This document shows, piece by piece, positions 1 to 10,191 of a stretch of DNA of 64,000 nt. The notes under the pieces are model-generated. The model saw only the letters and a list, made by a program, of their open reading frames with translations. It did not search any database and was not told the DNA's origin. The DNA comes from Candidatus Bathyarchaeota archaeon (GTDB lineage Archaea > Thermoproteota > Bathyarchaeia > 40CM-2-53-6), in assembly GCA_963706285.1 (NCBI GenBank), contig CAVPLU010000012.1, positions 32,001 through 96,000 on the forward strand, given 5' to 3'. Position 1 is the stretch's first letter, and each line of letters begins with the position of its first letter. The translations under genes and the position numbers were made by a program.

Positions 1-85
1 CCTGCCACTATGCGACGAAGTTCATTTAGACTGAGGGAGTAAGGCCACGTTCGGCCTGAGGAAACTCCGCGTCCTCGCGGCAATC

Positions 86-619
86 TTGCTATCTCTCGGT
101 ATAGGCGCACTTATTGTCGGCGTGATTCTTCCCGCCTTCAAGTCACAGCAGACTTTCACGGCTTCAGGCCCCCACGTCACGTTCACTCAAGAGAGAAACT
201 ACTGGGTTGACTTCTATCTGATCCCGCCAATAGATCAGGGAACACCAATCATGCTTTCGCTAGTGAGCAGCAAGCCTGGGTCAACCTGGGTATTCCTCGC
301 ACCTTTCGATCTGCAAACTGAATCAGTGTCAGGATCATCTGTCGTCAACGAGATGCTCGGTCCAAACGATACTGGGCTGGTAGTTTTCGGCAAGGCAACC
401 AAATCGGCCGTGTACACGCTCAGAATCTCAAGCTGGAACAGCACATACTCCGTTCGAATAGAGTCGAGGTGGTCTCGTTTCTTTGATTTTCGCTATGGCA
501 TAGTCCTGGGAGCAGCACTTGTTCCAGCCTCGCTCTTCCTCTTCTACTATGATGGAATAGTCGAGAAACGCGACCGAATGTACGAGAAAGCATTGAGAGA
601 AGCTGGAGTAGGGACATAG
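86..619 (+). CDS. hypothetical membrane protein
   Basis: 177-aa ORF with N- and C-terminal hydrophobic segments; no recognisable motif. Confidence 0.6.
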   Translation: MLSLGIGALIVGVILPAFKSQQTFTASGPHVTFTQERNYWVDFYLIPPIDQGTPIMLSLVSSKPGSTWVFLAPFDLQTESVSGSSVVNEMLGPNDTGLVVFGKATKSAVYTLRISSWNSTYSVRIESRWSRFFDFRYGIVLGAALVPASLFLFYYDGIVEKRDRMYEKALREAGVGT

Positions 620-913
620 CCACGCTCCCCATAACACAATGCTTTGTTCGTGTGAATCAAAGTATGAAGAAATGCAATCCAATTTTCAAGCAGAGTCTGA
701 AGTCAAGAACCATGCAACTGCCAATTGAAACTGATCTGCAACCGATGTAGACATTCGTCGTCAACCAAGCAAACGTCCCCGCTGACGGAGTAATGCGCCG
801 AACGGCGGGCACATCACCTCGTTGTACTCGGCTTCCGACACCCTTTTGGCTGGACTAAGAAGTAAGCTGATTGGGGCGATGATGAGAGCTGGTATTGGAG
901 ACGCATGTGATCG

Positions 914-1125
914 ATGAAACCAGAACCGAGCCCCATCTTTGAGTGAACGAGACACTACATACGACAGGTTGCTTTGACTGAGAAGCATCACAACAAGAGG
1001 AACGCCTCAAAGGATACAACACCCTACTTTGGCGCATTCGAACGATTGGATTGAAGGCGATCATAGAAGGATGCGAGCGTGATCTCACTTTGCTGCGTCA
1101 GCTTGCGAAGATGATGCGGACCTAA
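914..1125 (+). pseudogene. small basic helical protein, paralog of 2139-2344 (frameshifted or decayed)
   Basis: Manual translation of 997-1125 gives EERLKGYNTLLWRIRTIGLKAIIEGCERDLTLLRQLAKMMRT*, which aligns with the minus-strand ORF at 2139-2344; the 5' part is out of frame. Confidence 0.55.
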
Positions 1126-1205
1126 GCTCGGCCAAAGTCTTCTCAAAATCAGCTAGAAGACGCTTCGCTCGTTCAGAGTCAGCCTCCAGCAATTCAACTG
1201 CGGGA

Positions 1206-2000
1206 TTAGACCAACCTGCTCTTAGAGGGATCACCCCAAGGAGGCTTGTTGAACACGACAATGTATCTTCTTTCAAGTTCCTTCTCTAAGCCTGCAAATC
1301 GAACGTATATTGTGGGGGGAAACGAGAAACGCATTCGATCAAGCTCTTCTTGCTCCGTCGGATCAGATGTTTTGATGGTGACCGTTCTGTCTATTCCCTC
1401 TTTGGCATCAAAGAAGAAGGTGATGAGGGTAAATCTCTTGGAATCGTGACTCAGTAGCGAAAGGCGCTTAGTCGGTTCTCCGCTTTTTCCAGAATCGACT
1501 TCTGTTGTCTGATATTCTCGAAGGTCTAAGTTAACCCACTTGATTGGAGAAGCGTATCCTATGGCTACTTGCACTTCTAGGGCATCCACTTTCTTTTCGG
1601 ATGTTATGACTTCGAAATCGAACTTGTCTATGAAACTCTTCGGAAACCCGCTCACGTCGTGATGCTTATGAATGGAGACTTCAAGCTCAGGTTCAGTCTT
1701 TGGTTTTGCGCTTGATTCTGCTCCCTCTAGGAGGTCGCTTTCTGTCGCTGGACGACGAATGAGAGCGTAGTTCTCTCTAGTACACCATTGATCCAAGCGT
1801 GAAAACAAAAGCCGTTTTCTTTCAGATGCCACTTGTATTCTTAAGATCGGGAGAAGCAGTCGGTAGCTCCAACTACCGAACCAAAACGCCTTCTGCGTTT
1901 TAAGATTAATGATGAGTTTAACACGTGGAATATGGTGCAAATCTCTTCTCAAACCCAACTTTGTAACAAGAGGAAGGAAATAGTACCAAGAGTAGAACAA
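1206..2000 (-). CDS. hypothetical protein in accessory island
   Basis: 264-aa ORF, visibly more AT-rich than flanking housekeeping genes; no motif recognised. Confidence 0.55.
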   Translation of the reverse strand: MFYSWYYFLPLVTKLGLRRDLHHIPRVKLIINLKTQKAFWFGSWSYRLLLPILRIQVASERKRLLFSRLDQWCTRENYALIRRPATESDLLEGAESSAKPKTEPELEVSIHKHHDVSGFPKSFIDKFDFEVITSEKKVDALEVQVAIGYASPIKWVNLDLREYQTTEVDSGKSGEPTKRLSLLSHDSKRFTLITFFFDAKEGIDRTVTIKTSDPTEQEELDRMRFSFPPTIYVRFAGLEKELERRYIVVFNKPPWGDPSKSRLV

Positions 2001-2138
2001 GCGCTTCTACATGCGCGAACGTTGTCTAGGGTCAAAGAGTTCTGATCGTCTGAGTAAGGCATGACCTTGGTTTGAGCCACGTGCTTTTTGATTATCGCTT
2101 GGGGCAGAATCGTGGTCGAAAACAGGACAAATGAACCC

Positions 2139-2344
2139 TCAAGCACGTGTCTTTCTGGTCTGTTCTTGGAGTTTTAGAAGCCTCTTGAGCGATGCGAGGT
2201 CATGTTCACACCCTACTATGATGGTTTCAGTCCTATCTTGCGTATGCGATGCAATAGCACGGTGTAGTCTTTGAGTCGTTCACCTTTCAGGTATGCTTCC
2301 AGGATGCGGCGTTCGGATGTGCCTAGTATCTCCTTTCGGACCAT
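2139..2344 (-). CDS. small basic protein divergent from transposase (putative DNA-binding regulator); one indel
   Basis: MVRKEILGTSERRILEAYLKGERLKDYTVLLHRIRKIGLK/IIVGCEHDLASLKRLLKLQEQTRKTRA* after correcting one base. Confidence 0.6.
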
Positions 2345-2350
2345 GCGATC

Positions 2351-2400
2351 TACGACAATATTGTCGTAACCCTTATATTTACCTTACGCTACAATATTGT
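2351..2400. promoter_or_regulatory. divergent promoter with two palindromic operator-like sites
   Basis: Perfect 18-bp palindrome TACGACAATATTGTCGTA (2351-2368), second ACAATATTGT core (2391-2400), TATA-like TTATATTTA between them. Confidence 0.6.
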
Positions 2401-2453
2401 GGTGTGGGTTGCGATGCGGTTCCAGCAAGAACCTGACGAGGGTCGAGTAATGC

Positions 2454-3578
2454 GTGGTCAAACGATTCCAAGCGGGAAGTCAAATCAAACGGCTCGACCA
2501 TGACAGGTATGAAGTGGATTCTCAGTCAGGTCACGGTTTCTATATTCAGTTGCTAGACGGATGGCGTTTGGGATTGCAGTTGCCCAGACCACGTGTACCG
2601 AGACGCAAATGCAAGCACCTGTGGGCTGTCGAGTTTAGCCTCAAGCTCCGACATGACGTTAAGACAGAACGTGGTCATCCAGCCGTTAAGCCCAACATTT
2701 GTCCGTTCTGTGATTCAAGCGAGCTGGTTCAAGATGGACTACGCCATAACAAGAGCGGCGATCTTCAACGGTTCACTTGCCGATTGTGGAAAGCGGTACT
2801 CGCAGAACATGGGCTTCGAGCGAATGAAAGCATAACCGCAAGGAATCACAACGGCTATGCAGTTGTACTTCTCGGGTGAGAGCCTACGCAACGGCTAGAA
2901 CTTCCTACGACTGCTGGGTGTGGAGGTCAGCACACTACGGTCTAGAATTGGATTCACAAGTATGTAGGCCTAATGGAGAAGTATCTTGACAAGATCACGC
3001 CGCAGGTCTGATACTTGGCGAGCTGACGAACTGTACGTCAAGATTCAAGGGCGACATGAAGTACGTTTTCGCCATGATGGACGATGAAACCCGTTCTGGA
3101 TCGCCCAAGAAGTAGCTGACACAAAGGACACGCATGACGCAAGGCATCTATTCCAAATGGCAAGGGAACGTGCTGACAAGAAGCCGACCGTTCTCATCAC
3201 TGACGGTCTCCGTCGTATCACGATGCGTACATGAGAGAGTACCGCACGAACAAGAACGTGGATAGCACAGTTCACATTCGAGAAATCACGCTGACGGGAC
3301 ACCACAACAACAACAAGATGGAACGGCTGAACGGCGAGATCAGTGACCGAGAGAAAGTCATGCGCTCACTCAAGAAGTCCGACACCCCGATTCTGACGGG
3401 TATGCAACTTTTCCACAATTACGTCCGACCGCACGACGGGCTAGCGGGACGTACGCCGTCAGAACTTGCAGGAATCCAAGTCAACGGCGAGAACCGATGG
3501 TTAACACTCATCCAGAACGCCGGCAGTCACCCGCAAGTCGACAAGCGACACCGAAAACGCGAGAGACTTGTCCCATAG
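2454..3578 (+). mobile_element. archaeal IS6-like DDE transposase with N-terminal SWIM finger and zinc ribbon (multiple frameshifts)
   Basis: Across frames: CSCPDH..KCKHLWAV (SWIM), CPFC...QRFTC..CGK zinc ribbon, WRADELYVK DDE segment, NNNKMERLNG...HNYVRPH..L.G.TPSELAGI C-terminus. Confidence 0.8.
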
Positions 3579-3710
3579 ATGCAACAGAACCAATTACCGC
3601 AATGTTTATTTTGATTCCGAAGGGTGACATCGAAAGACTCTGCTACCGGACCTCTGGAGCAAGCTACGGCTCGCAGCCAAGAAGGTACAGGTCATCTTGA
3701 GGAAAAGCGG

Positions 3711-4454
3711 ATGGGTTTACGAATACGCGTTCAGAGAAGAGGACGAGGCGGCACAGTATTCAGAGCGCACATCTATCGGAGAATCGCTCCCGCTTGTTAT
3801 CCTCCATTGACACCTGCAGACAATGCAGGTCGCGTGGACGGTACGATCGTCGACATCATGCATGATCCAGGCCGCGGGTCACCGTTAGCCTTTGTGCAGT
3901 TCTCAGACGGAAAGTCATGTTGCCTGAACGCTCCAGAAGGGATCTTAGTTAGCCAGACAGTCTCTCGGGGAGCCGAATCACCCCCTGAGATCGGCAACAT
4001 TCTTCCGGTAGGCAAGATACCTGAGGGAACAATGATCTGCAATATTGAGAGAGAACCAGGAGACGGCGGCAAGATAGCAAAAGCCTCAGGCAGCTACGCG
4101 ATGGTTGTCGCACACAGACCAGGCGGAACGGAACTGCGATTGCCCTCAGGGACTTCGGTCAATCTGACGAACAATTGCAGAGCCACCATCGGCGTTGTCA
4201 GTGGTTCAGGCCGTACTGAAAAGCCGTTCATGAAAGCTGGCGCGAGAAGAGCTTGGCTACTGCCAAAAGGAAGATTGTGGCCCATCACGAAGGGACAGGC
4301 CATGGTCGCCGCTGCGCACCCACACGGTGGCGGACGCCACAAACATGCTGGGAAGCCCACTACTGTATCGAGGAATACTCCTCCGGGACGAAAGGTAGGG
4401 CTAATAGCAGCGCGGCAGAGTGGACGGTCAAAGAGGAAGATCCGAACGGAGTAG
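3711..4454 (+). CDS. rpl2: 50S ribosomal protein uL2
   Basis: MG.RIRVQRRGRG, HDPGRGSPLA, AM...AHPHGGG, PPGRKVGLIAAR. Confidence 0.97.
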   Translation: MGLRIRVQRRGRGGTVFRAHIYRRIAPACYPPLTPADNAGRVDGTIVDIMHDPGRGSPLAFVQFSDGKSCCLNAPEGILVSQTVSRGAESPPEIGNILPVGKIPEGTMICNIEREPGDGGKIAKASGSYAMVVAHRPGGTELRLPSGTSVNLTNNCRATIGVVSGSGRTEKPFMKAGARRAWLLPKGRLWPITKGQAMVAAAHPHGGGRHKHAGKPTTVSRNTPPGRKVGLIAARQSGRSKRKIRTE

Positions 4455-4461
4455 ATTCGAA

Positions 4462-4855
4462 TTGACGCTACTTGATCCCACTTGCCAATGCACTCTCTAC
4501 GATCAGCAACAACGAACGCAGGCACAAACGTGAGTGTCTCGTCTGGCCCGCATCGAAACTAATGGGGCAGGTGCTGCGGGTGATGCAGAAGAACGGTTAC
4601 CTTGGAGAATTCGAGTACATCGATGATGGACGATCCGGCAAGTTCCGAGTCCAGCTTCTTGGGCGCATCAATAGTTGTGCTGTCGTGAAGCCTCGCTATT
4701 CCGTGAAGTCAAGTCGCATAGAGGATTGGGAGAAGAGGTTCCTACCCTCAAAGGAAGTGGGGTTGCTGATCATGAGCAGCCCGGGCGAAGTAATATCACA
4801 ACGCGACGCAAAGGAACGCAAGGTCGGCGGCAGACTACTTGCCTACGTATACTAA
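4462..4855 (+). CDS. rps8: 30S ribosomal protein uS8 (1-nt insertion near start)
   Basis: MTLLDPLANAL after indel correction; EFEYIDDGRSGKFRVQLLGRIN; GGRLLAYVY. Confidence 0.95.
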
Positions 4856-4879
4856 TTGATTGACGAGAGTGAATCAAGA

Positions 4880-5476
4880 ATGGTCAGAGACTCACGATAC
4901 AATCTCGCGTATCGAAGAAGAAGGAGCACAAAGACCGACTATGGAAAGAGAAAGCGACTTGTTCTATCGGGCCTGCCACGATTAGTCGTGCGACCTGCAA
5001 ACAAGCACATCACGGTTCAAGTGATTGAAGCCACAGCGACGGGCGATCTGGTCCTCGCCTCTGCACACTCATCCGAGCTTAAGAAATACACGTGGAAAGG
5101 AACTGGAGGAAATGTTCCTGCCGCGTACCTTACCGGACGCTTGGCTGCCTATAGGGCCAAAGCAAAAGGGATCGAGAAGGCTGTACTGGATGTGGGAACA
5201 AAACGTGTTAGCACCGGATCGCGGCTGTATGCTGCATTGAGCGGAGCCGTGGATTCCGGGATGGAGATTCCTCACGGTGAGAAAACAATCCTTCCTAAGG
5301 AACGCTTACGAGGGGAACATATAGCAGCATACGGCAAACTGCTCTCCGAGAAACCAGACCTGTACCAGAAACGTTTCTCCGCCTATTTGAAACAAAAACT
5401 CAAACCCGAAGAGGTCCCAGCACATTTTGACGAAGTCAGCGACAAGATGGCGCATTCGTTCGAGAAGAAGGCGTAA
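4880..5476 (+). CDS. rpl18: 50S ribosomal protein uL18
   Basis: RRRR..KTDY.KRKRL, PRLVVR, N.PAAYLTG, GEHIAAY. Confidence 0.95.
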   Translation: MVRDSRYNLAYRRRRSTKTDYGKRKRLVLSGLPRLVVRPANKHITVQVIEATATGDLVLASAHSSELKKYTWKGTGGNVPAAYLTGRLAAYRAKAKGIEKAVLDVGTKRVSTGSRLYAALSGAVDSGMEIPHGEKTILPKERLRGEHIAAYGKLLSEKPDLYQKRFSAYLKQKLKPEEVPAHFDEVSDKMAHSFEKKA

Positions 5477-5482
5477 AGATAG

Positions 5483-6113
5483 TTGAGCAAGAAAGCCAAA
5501 ACAACACATCCGGCTCATGTGAAGAAAGCGGAAAAGACCCCAAAGAAACGAGCGAAGCCTCAACTCGCCGCCGCCGAAGGTAGCGCCTCCACCAAAACCA
5601 GTCGAGATAGCACCTAAGCAAGAGCAGGAGCCGGTCGAACACTACCTTGTTGCGATACGCCTTGATGGCAGCCCAACCGTGCGACATCCAGAAGAATTGA
5701 CAATGAATGCCCTCAGGATGAAGAGTAGGTTCAGTGCTGTGCTGCTTCAAGACAACCCGTCAGTGAGGGGTATGCTTCGACGCATCAAAGACCACGTGAC
5801 CTGGGCCGAGGCCAAGAAGGAGGATATCGCGACGCTATTGTCAAACAGAGCCATGACGACAGAGGGTCTCGGAGTCACATCCGATTTTCTGAAGAAGAAC
5901 GCTGGCCTTGCAGGACTAGAGGAAGTAGTCTCCAGTCTCTACTCGGGCAAGCTCACGCTTGCGAAGCTATGGGAAATGGGAATCGCACCGTATTTCCGGC
6001 TTCACCCGCCAAGAGGCGGTTTCCCAAAGAGTTCAAAGCGTCCGTTCACAGATAGCGGCGAACTTGGCTTCAGGAAGGAAGGGTTGCACCGCTTACTGGC
6101 CAAGATGTGCTGA
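5483..6113 (+). CDS. rpl30: 50S ribosomal protein uL30 with Lys/Pro-rich N-terminal extension (1-nt indel)
   Basis: YLVAIRLDG upstream in frame, GML.RIKDHVTW.E, FRLHPPRGGF, GELGFR. Confidence 0.9.
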
Positions 6114-6145
6114 TCGGCCGGACCAGCAGTGCGGACGACGACCCA

Positions 6146-6692
6146 CTAATCTTTCACTAGGGATTTTATGGGACAATAGGTTTCTGTATCCAGAATATCC
6201 TTGATTTTCACGATATCTTCTGTTACTATCCGCGCGACTCTTTCTGAGACGGACGGGACAATTCCCTTCTCGAACTCCAGCACGGCAAGGACATCATGTT
6301 TTCCTAGAAGAAGGTGCGATTCCACGACATCGTTGTACTTCATGATCTCACTCATTACTGCCTGATTCTTACCCATCTTGGTATCTATGAATACGAATGC
6401 ATAGGCTCGACGTTCTGGACGAACTAGATGCGACTCTCGCATCCTTGACATTGCCGGCACGATCGTGCTGGTATCCCTGACAAGCGCCATCCTTCGTATC
6501 TTCCCAGTTACAAGGTCGAGCATTCGTTCTCTCGGGTCCACAGGTTCCTCCTCGAAAGCCATCGTTGCCATAATATCCCAAGTCCCAGCAAGAAGGTGAG
6601 TCTCTTTGACTTGCTGGAGTTTCATCAGACGTTGCATGAGCAGCATCTTCCTTACCCGTTTGTGCTCGAACGAGCTCGAACGCCTTGACCAT
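6146..6692 (-). CDS. tandem Lrp/AsnC ligand-binding (RAM) domain protein, no HTH (indel near start)
   Basis: Two repeats of AF..(V/I)....GK....V.E.HLL.G..D. Confidence 0.8.
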
Positions 6693-6763
6693 TCGCGGCA
6701 AAATCATCACTACGGTCTCAGAGCATGGTGTTGCAGCATATATGCTGGTTTCCCGTTTCGAAA

Positions 6764-8776
6764 CTACTGGTACTTTTGACAGGCGGAGCAGTACCATCTG
6801 CTATACTGGCTAATCCAGGTCAGCGGCTTCCCGCATGTCGCACAATAATTAGCACTTTGAGGCTGCACAGGCATCATCGAGGATGCGCGTTTTCCTCTTC
6901 TTCGAAGCAACAGCCAAGCAACAAGTACACCTAGAATGAAGCTGCCAATTACCTCTATGACTGTCAAGACCCCGGCAGGTATGAAGCCGCCTGCAGCAGC
7001 GTTTGCGTTTGCAGCCGACTGTAATGCGTCGACTCCATCGTTCACCGCTTGTAGGTAATTCATCGTGGAGTACGCTTTCTCTGCGCTGTCAGCCTTCGAT
7101 CTCGCTGCCGATAGGTCTCCTTCGTTGATCAGCACAGATGGTGTCTCAGAGAGCAGTTGGGCTGTCTCGCGGAGCAAAAGATCCGCCTGACCACGTACTA
7201 ATGTGTCTCGGTCAAAGATGCTGAAACCATTCTCGTATGGATAGTATGCCATAACTGACGCGACGAAGTTCTCAGTTGGATCGAACGAAAAGGGATGCAT
7301 CAGGCCCACCATGTGGCCGACCTCATGAATCACGGTATTGGTGAACCCAAAACCCTTGCCGGGTTGTGCCGGGTCTGAGTAGTCGCCTCTCTTGAAGTCG
7401 TATGTGGCGTGACTGATCAGAACAAGATCATAGAGCGCGACGCCCCAGATCGTTCTATCAAAGTCCACCTCCTTTCCTATCATCTCTTTGTAGGTGAAAC
7501 CAAACTCATACTGACCGGAAAAGGCGAACGCGAACACAGGAATATCGTACTCTGTCGCGTCTCGCGTAACTTGCATGAAATCGTTGATGTGTCCCTGTCC
7601 GCTCTCGCTCAACCATTCATAGACCGGGCGAGCATCAACGGCGGGCGTACCTGGTGGCGAGCCGTAATATACGGGGCTCCGTGAGTTCACGATTATCTGC
7701 TGAAGCTCTGGGTAGTCGCTTACGCGTGCGTACTTTGTCTCTGCTGTCACAGTAGCCCAGGGGAGTAGCGCCTGCCATTCTTTGACGGCCGTTTCTTGGT
7801 CGAAAGTCTTGGTGATCGGTGGATCAGTGGTGTCGGTTCGATTATCGAGGACCACGGTTTTGATCTTGTATGAAGATGCGTAGCTAATGGGGTAGACGAA
7901 GTCTGGTGCAAAGATGTTAGGAACTGCCCCTGAAATGTAGTCTCCAACAAATTGGTTTAGCCAAAGTTTACCGTAGGCCGTGGAAAGATCGACCCCGTTT
8001 AAGCCATATGCAAGTTGAATTGGCAGCTGTTCAGCTGTCTGTTCGGGTCCGGCTGAAAGGTCAGCGTAGAAGAGTCTTGAATGACCGCCCCAAGCGGTCA
8101 TGTATCTTCGGTTCAGCTGGATTCCAAGGTCGCCGTCTGCGTAGGTCTTGTTGTAGAAGTGACTCGTGAACTGAACATCTTTTCCTTGCAGCGCGAGTTT
8201 GTACTGGCTGAGCGTTGTGGATGGCAGACGAGTTGATAGGTCTGCGAGCACAAGCACGTACCCGTTTTCGGGTAGGCCGCCAAAGTCTGATTGGTGTTGA
8301 ACTAGCCACGTCTCGACATTATCGGCTGGATAGTACGTGTTGGCGCTTTGCACGGGGAAGTGCGTGTAGTTCAGAAAGTGACCAGTTCCGAGGGGGCCTT
8401 TGATTTCCGAGTAAGAGATATTCCAAATGACGTTCTGGCGAGTCTCTTTCTTCGCATTGGATTGTAGAAACTGCACGAAATCGTTAAGGAAGGATCCGCT
8501 AGGAAAAACATACTCATAGTTCAGAAAATAGAAGGTGTTTGTACTAATTCCGGGTATCTGCATTAGCTGATACCGGGTCGAAGGAGAATTCCAGGTCAGA
8601 TAGTTCTCGTCAATCAAGTTCTGATCGAATCCAAGCAGCACGACCTTAATGTCCAGCGAGGCGGTTCGTGTTGCTAGAGGACTAGTAGAGTTCTGTTGTG
8701 CGGCTGAGACATTTGCGATCGGATAAGACGATGCAAAAAGAATGACCATAACCAAAAGTAGACTTTTTGCTTTCAA
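6764..8776 (-). CDS. secreted, membrane-anchored metzincin-type zinc metalloprotease with C-terminal zinc ribbon
   Basis: Signal peptide; HEVGHMVGLMH plus SVMAY Met-turn; C-terminal TM, RRR, then CATC...WYCSAC. Confidence 0.8.
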   Translation of the reverse strand: MKAKSLLLVMVILFASSYPIANVSAAQQNSTSPLATRTASLDIKVVLLGFDQNLIDENYLTWNSPSTRYQLMQIPGISTNTFYFLNYEYVFPSGSFLNDFVQFLQSNAKKETRQNVIWNISYSEIKGPLGTGHFLNYTHFPVQSANTYYPADNVETWLVQHQSDFGGLPENGYVLVLADLSTRLPSTTLSQYKLALQGKDVQFTSHFYNKTYADGDLGIQLNRRYMTAWGGHSRLFYADLSAGPEQTAEQLPIQLAYGLNGVDLSTAYGKLWLNQFVGDYISGAVPNIFAPDFVYPISYASSYKIKTVVLDNRTDTTDPPITKTFDQETAVKEWQALLPWATVTAETKYARVSDYPELQQIIVNSRSPVYYGSPPGTPAVDARPVYEWLSESGQGHINDFMQVTRDATEYDIPVFAFAFSGQYEFGFTYKEMIGKEVDFDRTIWGVALYDLVLISHATYDFKRGDYSDPAQPGKGFGFTNTVIHEVGHMVGLMHPFSFDPTENFVASVMAYYPYENGFSIFDRDTLVRGQADLLLRETAQLLSETPSVLINEGDLSAARSKADSAEKAYSTMNYLQAVNDGVDALQSAANANAAAGGFIPAGVLTVIEVIGSFILGVLVAWLLLRRRGKRASSMMPVQPQSANYCATCGKPLTWISQYSRWYCSACQKYQ

Positions 8777-8857
8777 GAGGAGTCATTTACAAGGGAGCAG
8801 TTCCAGCTAATAAATCGCATCTAGCTCGTTCAGCTAATGAACTACATCTGGATCGTT

Positions 8858-10084
8858 TCATAATCCCTGCTCGATCATTGGTGCCGTGTGAGATCCGTAT
8901 GGAACTAGTGCAATCTTTGCCTCTTTTCCAGCATGTCGGATCGCTCGCTCCAAGGCGCTTCTCACGCTTTTTGCGTCAAGGAGTCCATACAATGAGGCTT
9001 GGTGCTCAGGCAATGTGGAGACTAGGTACACCCGGTGGTCACTTGAGACCCTCCTCAGAGAATGCTCCAGCAAAATATCAAGTGAGAAGAACTTTCGGGC
9101 GTGAGCTAGTCGAGCCTTTGACTCGACACCTCCAAGCCCGCCTGACGGGAATCCACCTAACCCTCCTGAACATTCGGCGACTAGGATCACTATGCCATGG
9201 TCTTTGCAGATATTCGCAGCCACGAGGGCGCTCGGAGAGGCTTCAAAGAGCGAGCGGTCCCACGGAGCACCACCAGCACTCGAAATCACAATGTCCGCCT
9301 TGCGACGCAACGATGGCCTGAACAGCTTTCCGGCCAGAGCACAAGCCTGCTCGAATGTTCCCATGAAATCACCTGCAAACGCCCCTGCGAGTCTGCCATC
9401 TGGATTCTCCACAAGGTGAACTGCAAAGTCAATTCGCGCTGTCTGCGACGCACGAAAGAGTGTTTCATACGTTGGGTTTCCGGATAGTATCCCGGGTAGC
9501 CTCTCACCTTTCAAGCACGGAGTAAGGCATGTCTTGATCGTTTTTTCTGACGCAAGTCCCGGCACCACAGAGCTCGGTCCACCGCTGTACCCCCAGAACG
9601 GATTTATGGAAACATCCGAGATTACGCATCGCACGTCAGCGTTTGCAAACGTTTCGTTGAGCAATATCTCGCTGCCATCGTCCAGTTGTCCAACTTTGGC
9701 AGCCTGGGAACCTCTAGCGTCATGTCTGGTCGGCATATGGAGGGGCTGTATGCTGCCATCAGTACGCATTGCACCTGACAATGGTATCGTCGGGTCCCAC
9801 GCTTCTTCAAGCAACTCAAAATTCTCAAGACCCTGATCCGAGAGTTGCATCGCTAGCAGATTTGCGGCTGAGGTGCATGTACCAGATTTCCCTTGGAAGG
9901 CGATGACAATCCTCTTTGCTTGACGGGCAGCCTCAAGCAGGTTCTTCCCGGCTAAGGCAGTCGACACTACATCTTCAAGACGATTGCTTGTTGACTCCAC
10001 AAGAGGCCCTAGGAAACCAAGCAGGTTCTCATCCTGCACAGCCACCGCGACATCCGTCGCTCCATAGGGCAACCAGAACTCCAA
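8858..10084 (-). CDS. LarA (lactate racemase)-family protein with degenerate active site
   Basis: LPYG start, GYSGG....PG, ADIVISSAGGAP.D, LVAECSGG.G. Confidence 0.8.
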   Translation of the reverse strand: MEFWLPYGATDVAVAVQDENLLGFLGPLVESTSNRLEDVVSTALAGKNLLEAARQAKRIVIAFQGKSGTCTSAANLLAMQLSDQGLENFELLEEAWDPTIPLSGAMRTDGSIQPLHMPTRHDARGSQAAKVGQLDDGSEILLNETFANADVRCVISDVSINPFWGYSGGPSSVVPGLASEKTIKTCLTPCLKGERLPGILSGNPTYETLFRASQTARIDFAVHLVENPDGRLAGAFAGDFMGTFEQACALAGKLFRPSLRRKADIVISSAGGAPWDRSLFEASPSALVAANICKDHGIVILVAECSGGLGGFPSGGLGGVESKARLAHARKFFSLDILLEHSLRRVSSDHRVYLVSTLPEHQASLYGLLDAKSVRSALERAIRHAGKEAKIALVPYGSHTAPMIEQGL

Positions 10085-10191
10085 GTCGCATCAACTGATC
10101 AGGCATTGAACATGCATTGACGAGTCGCGAGCACTGAGCCACGACAGAACTAATTAAAGCACCGCACCAATAGCGCTATGGGCGCAGACAC

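Noticed and set aside
672-3595. ATGCAA..CCAATT near 672, 712 and 3579 as IS ends or target-site duplications
   Set aside because: Short, variably spaced and direct rather than inverted; no convincing terminal inverted repeat was found.
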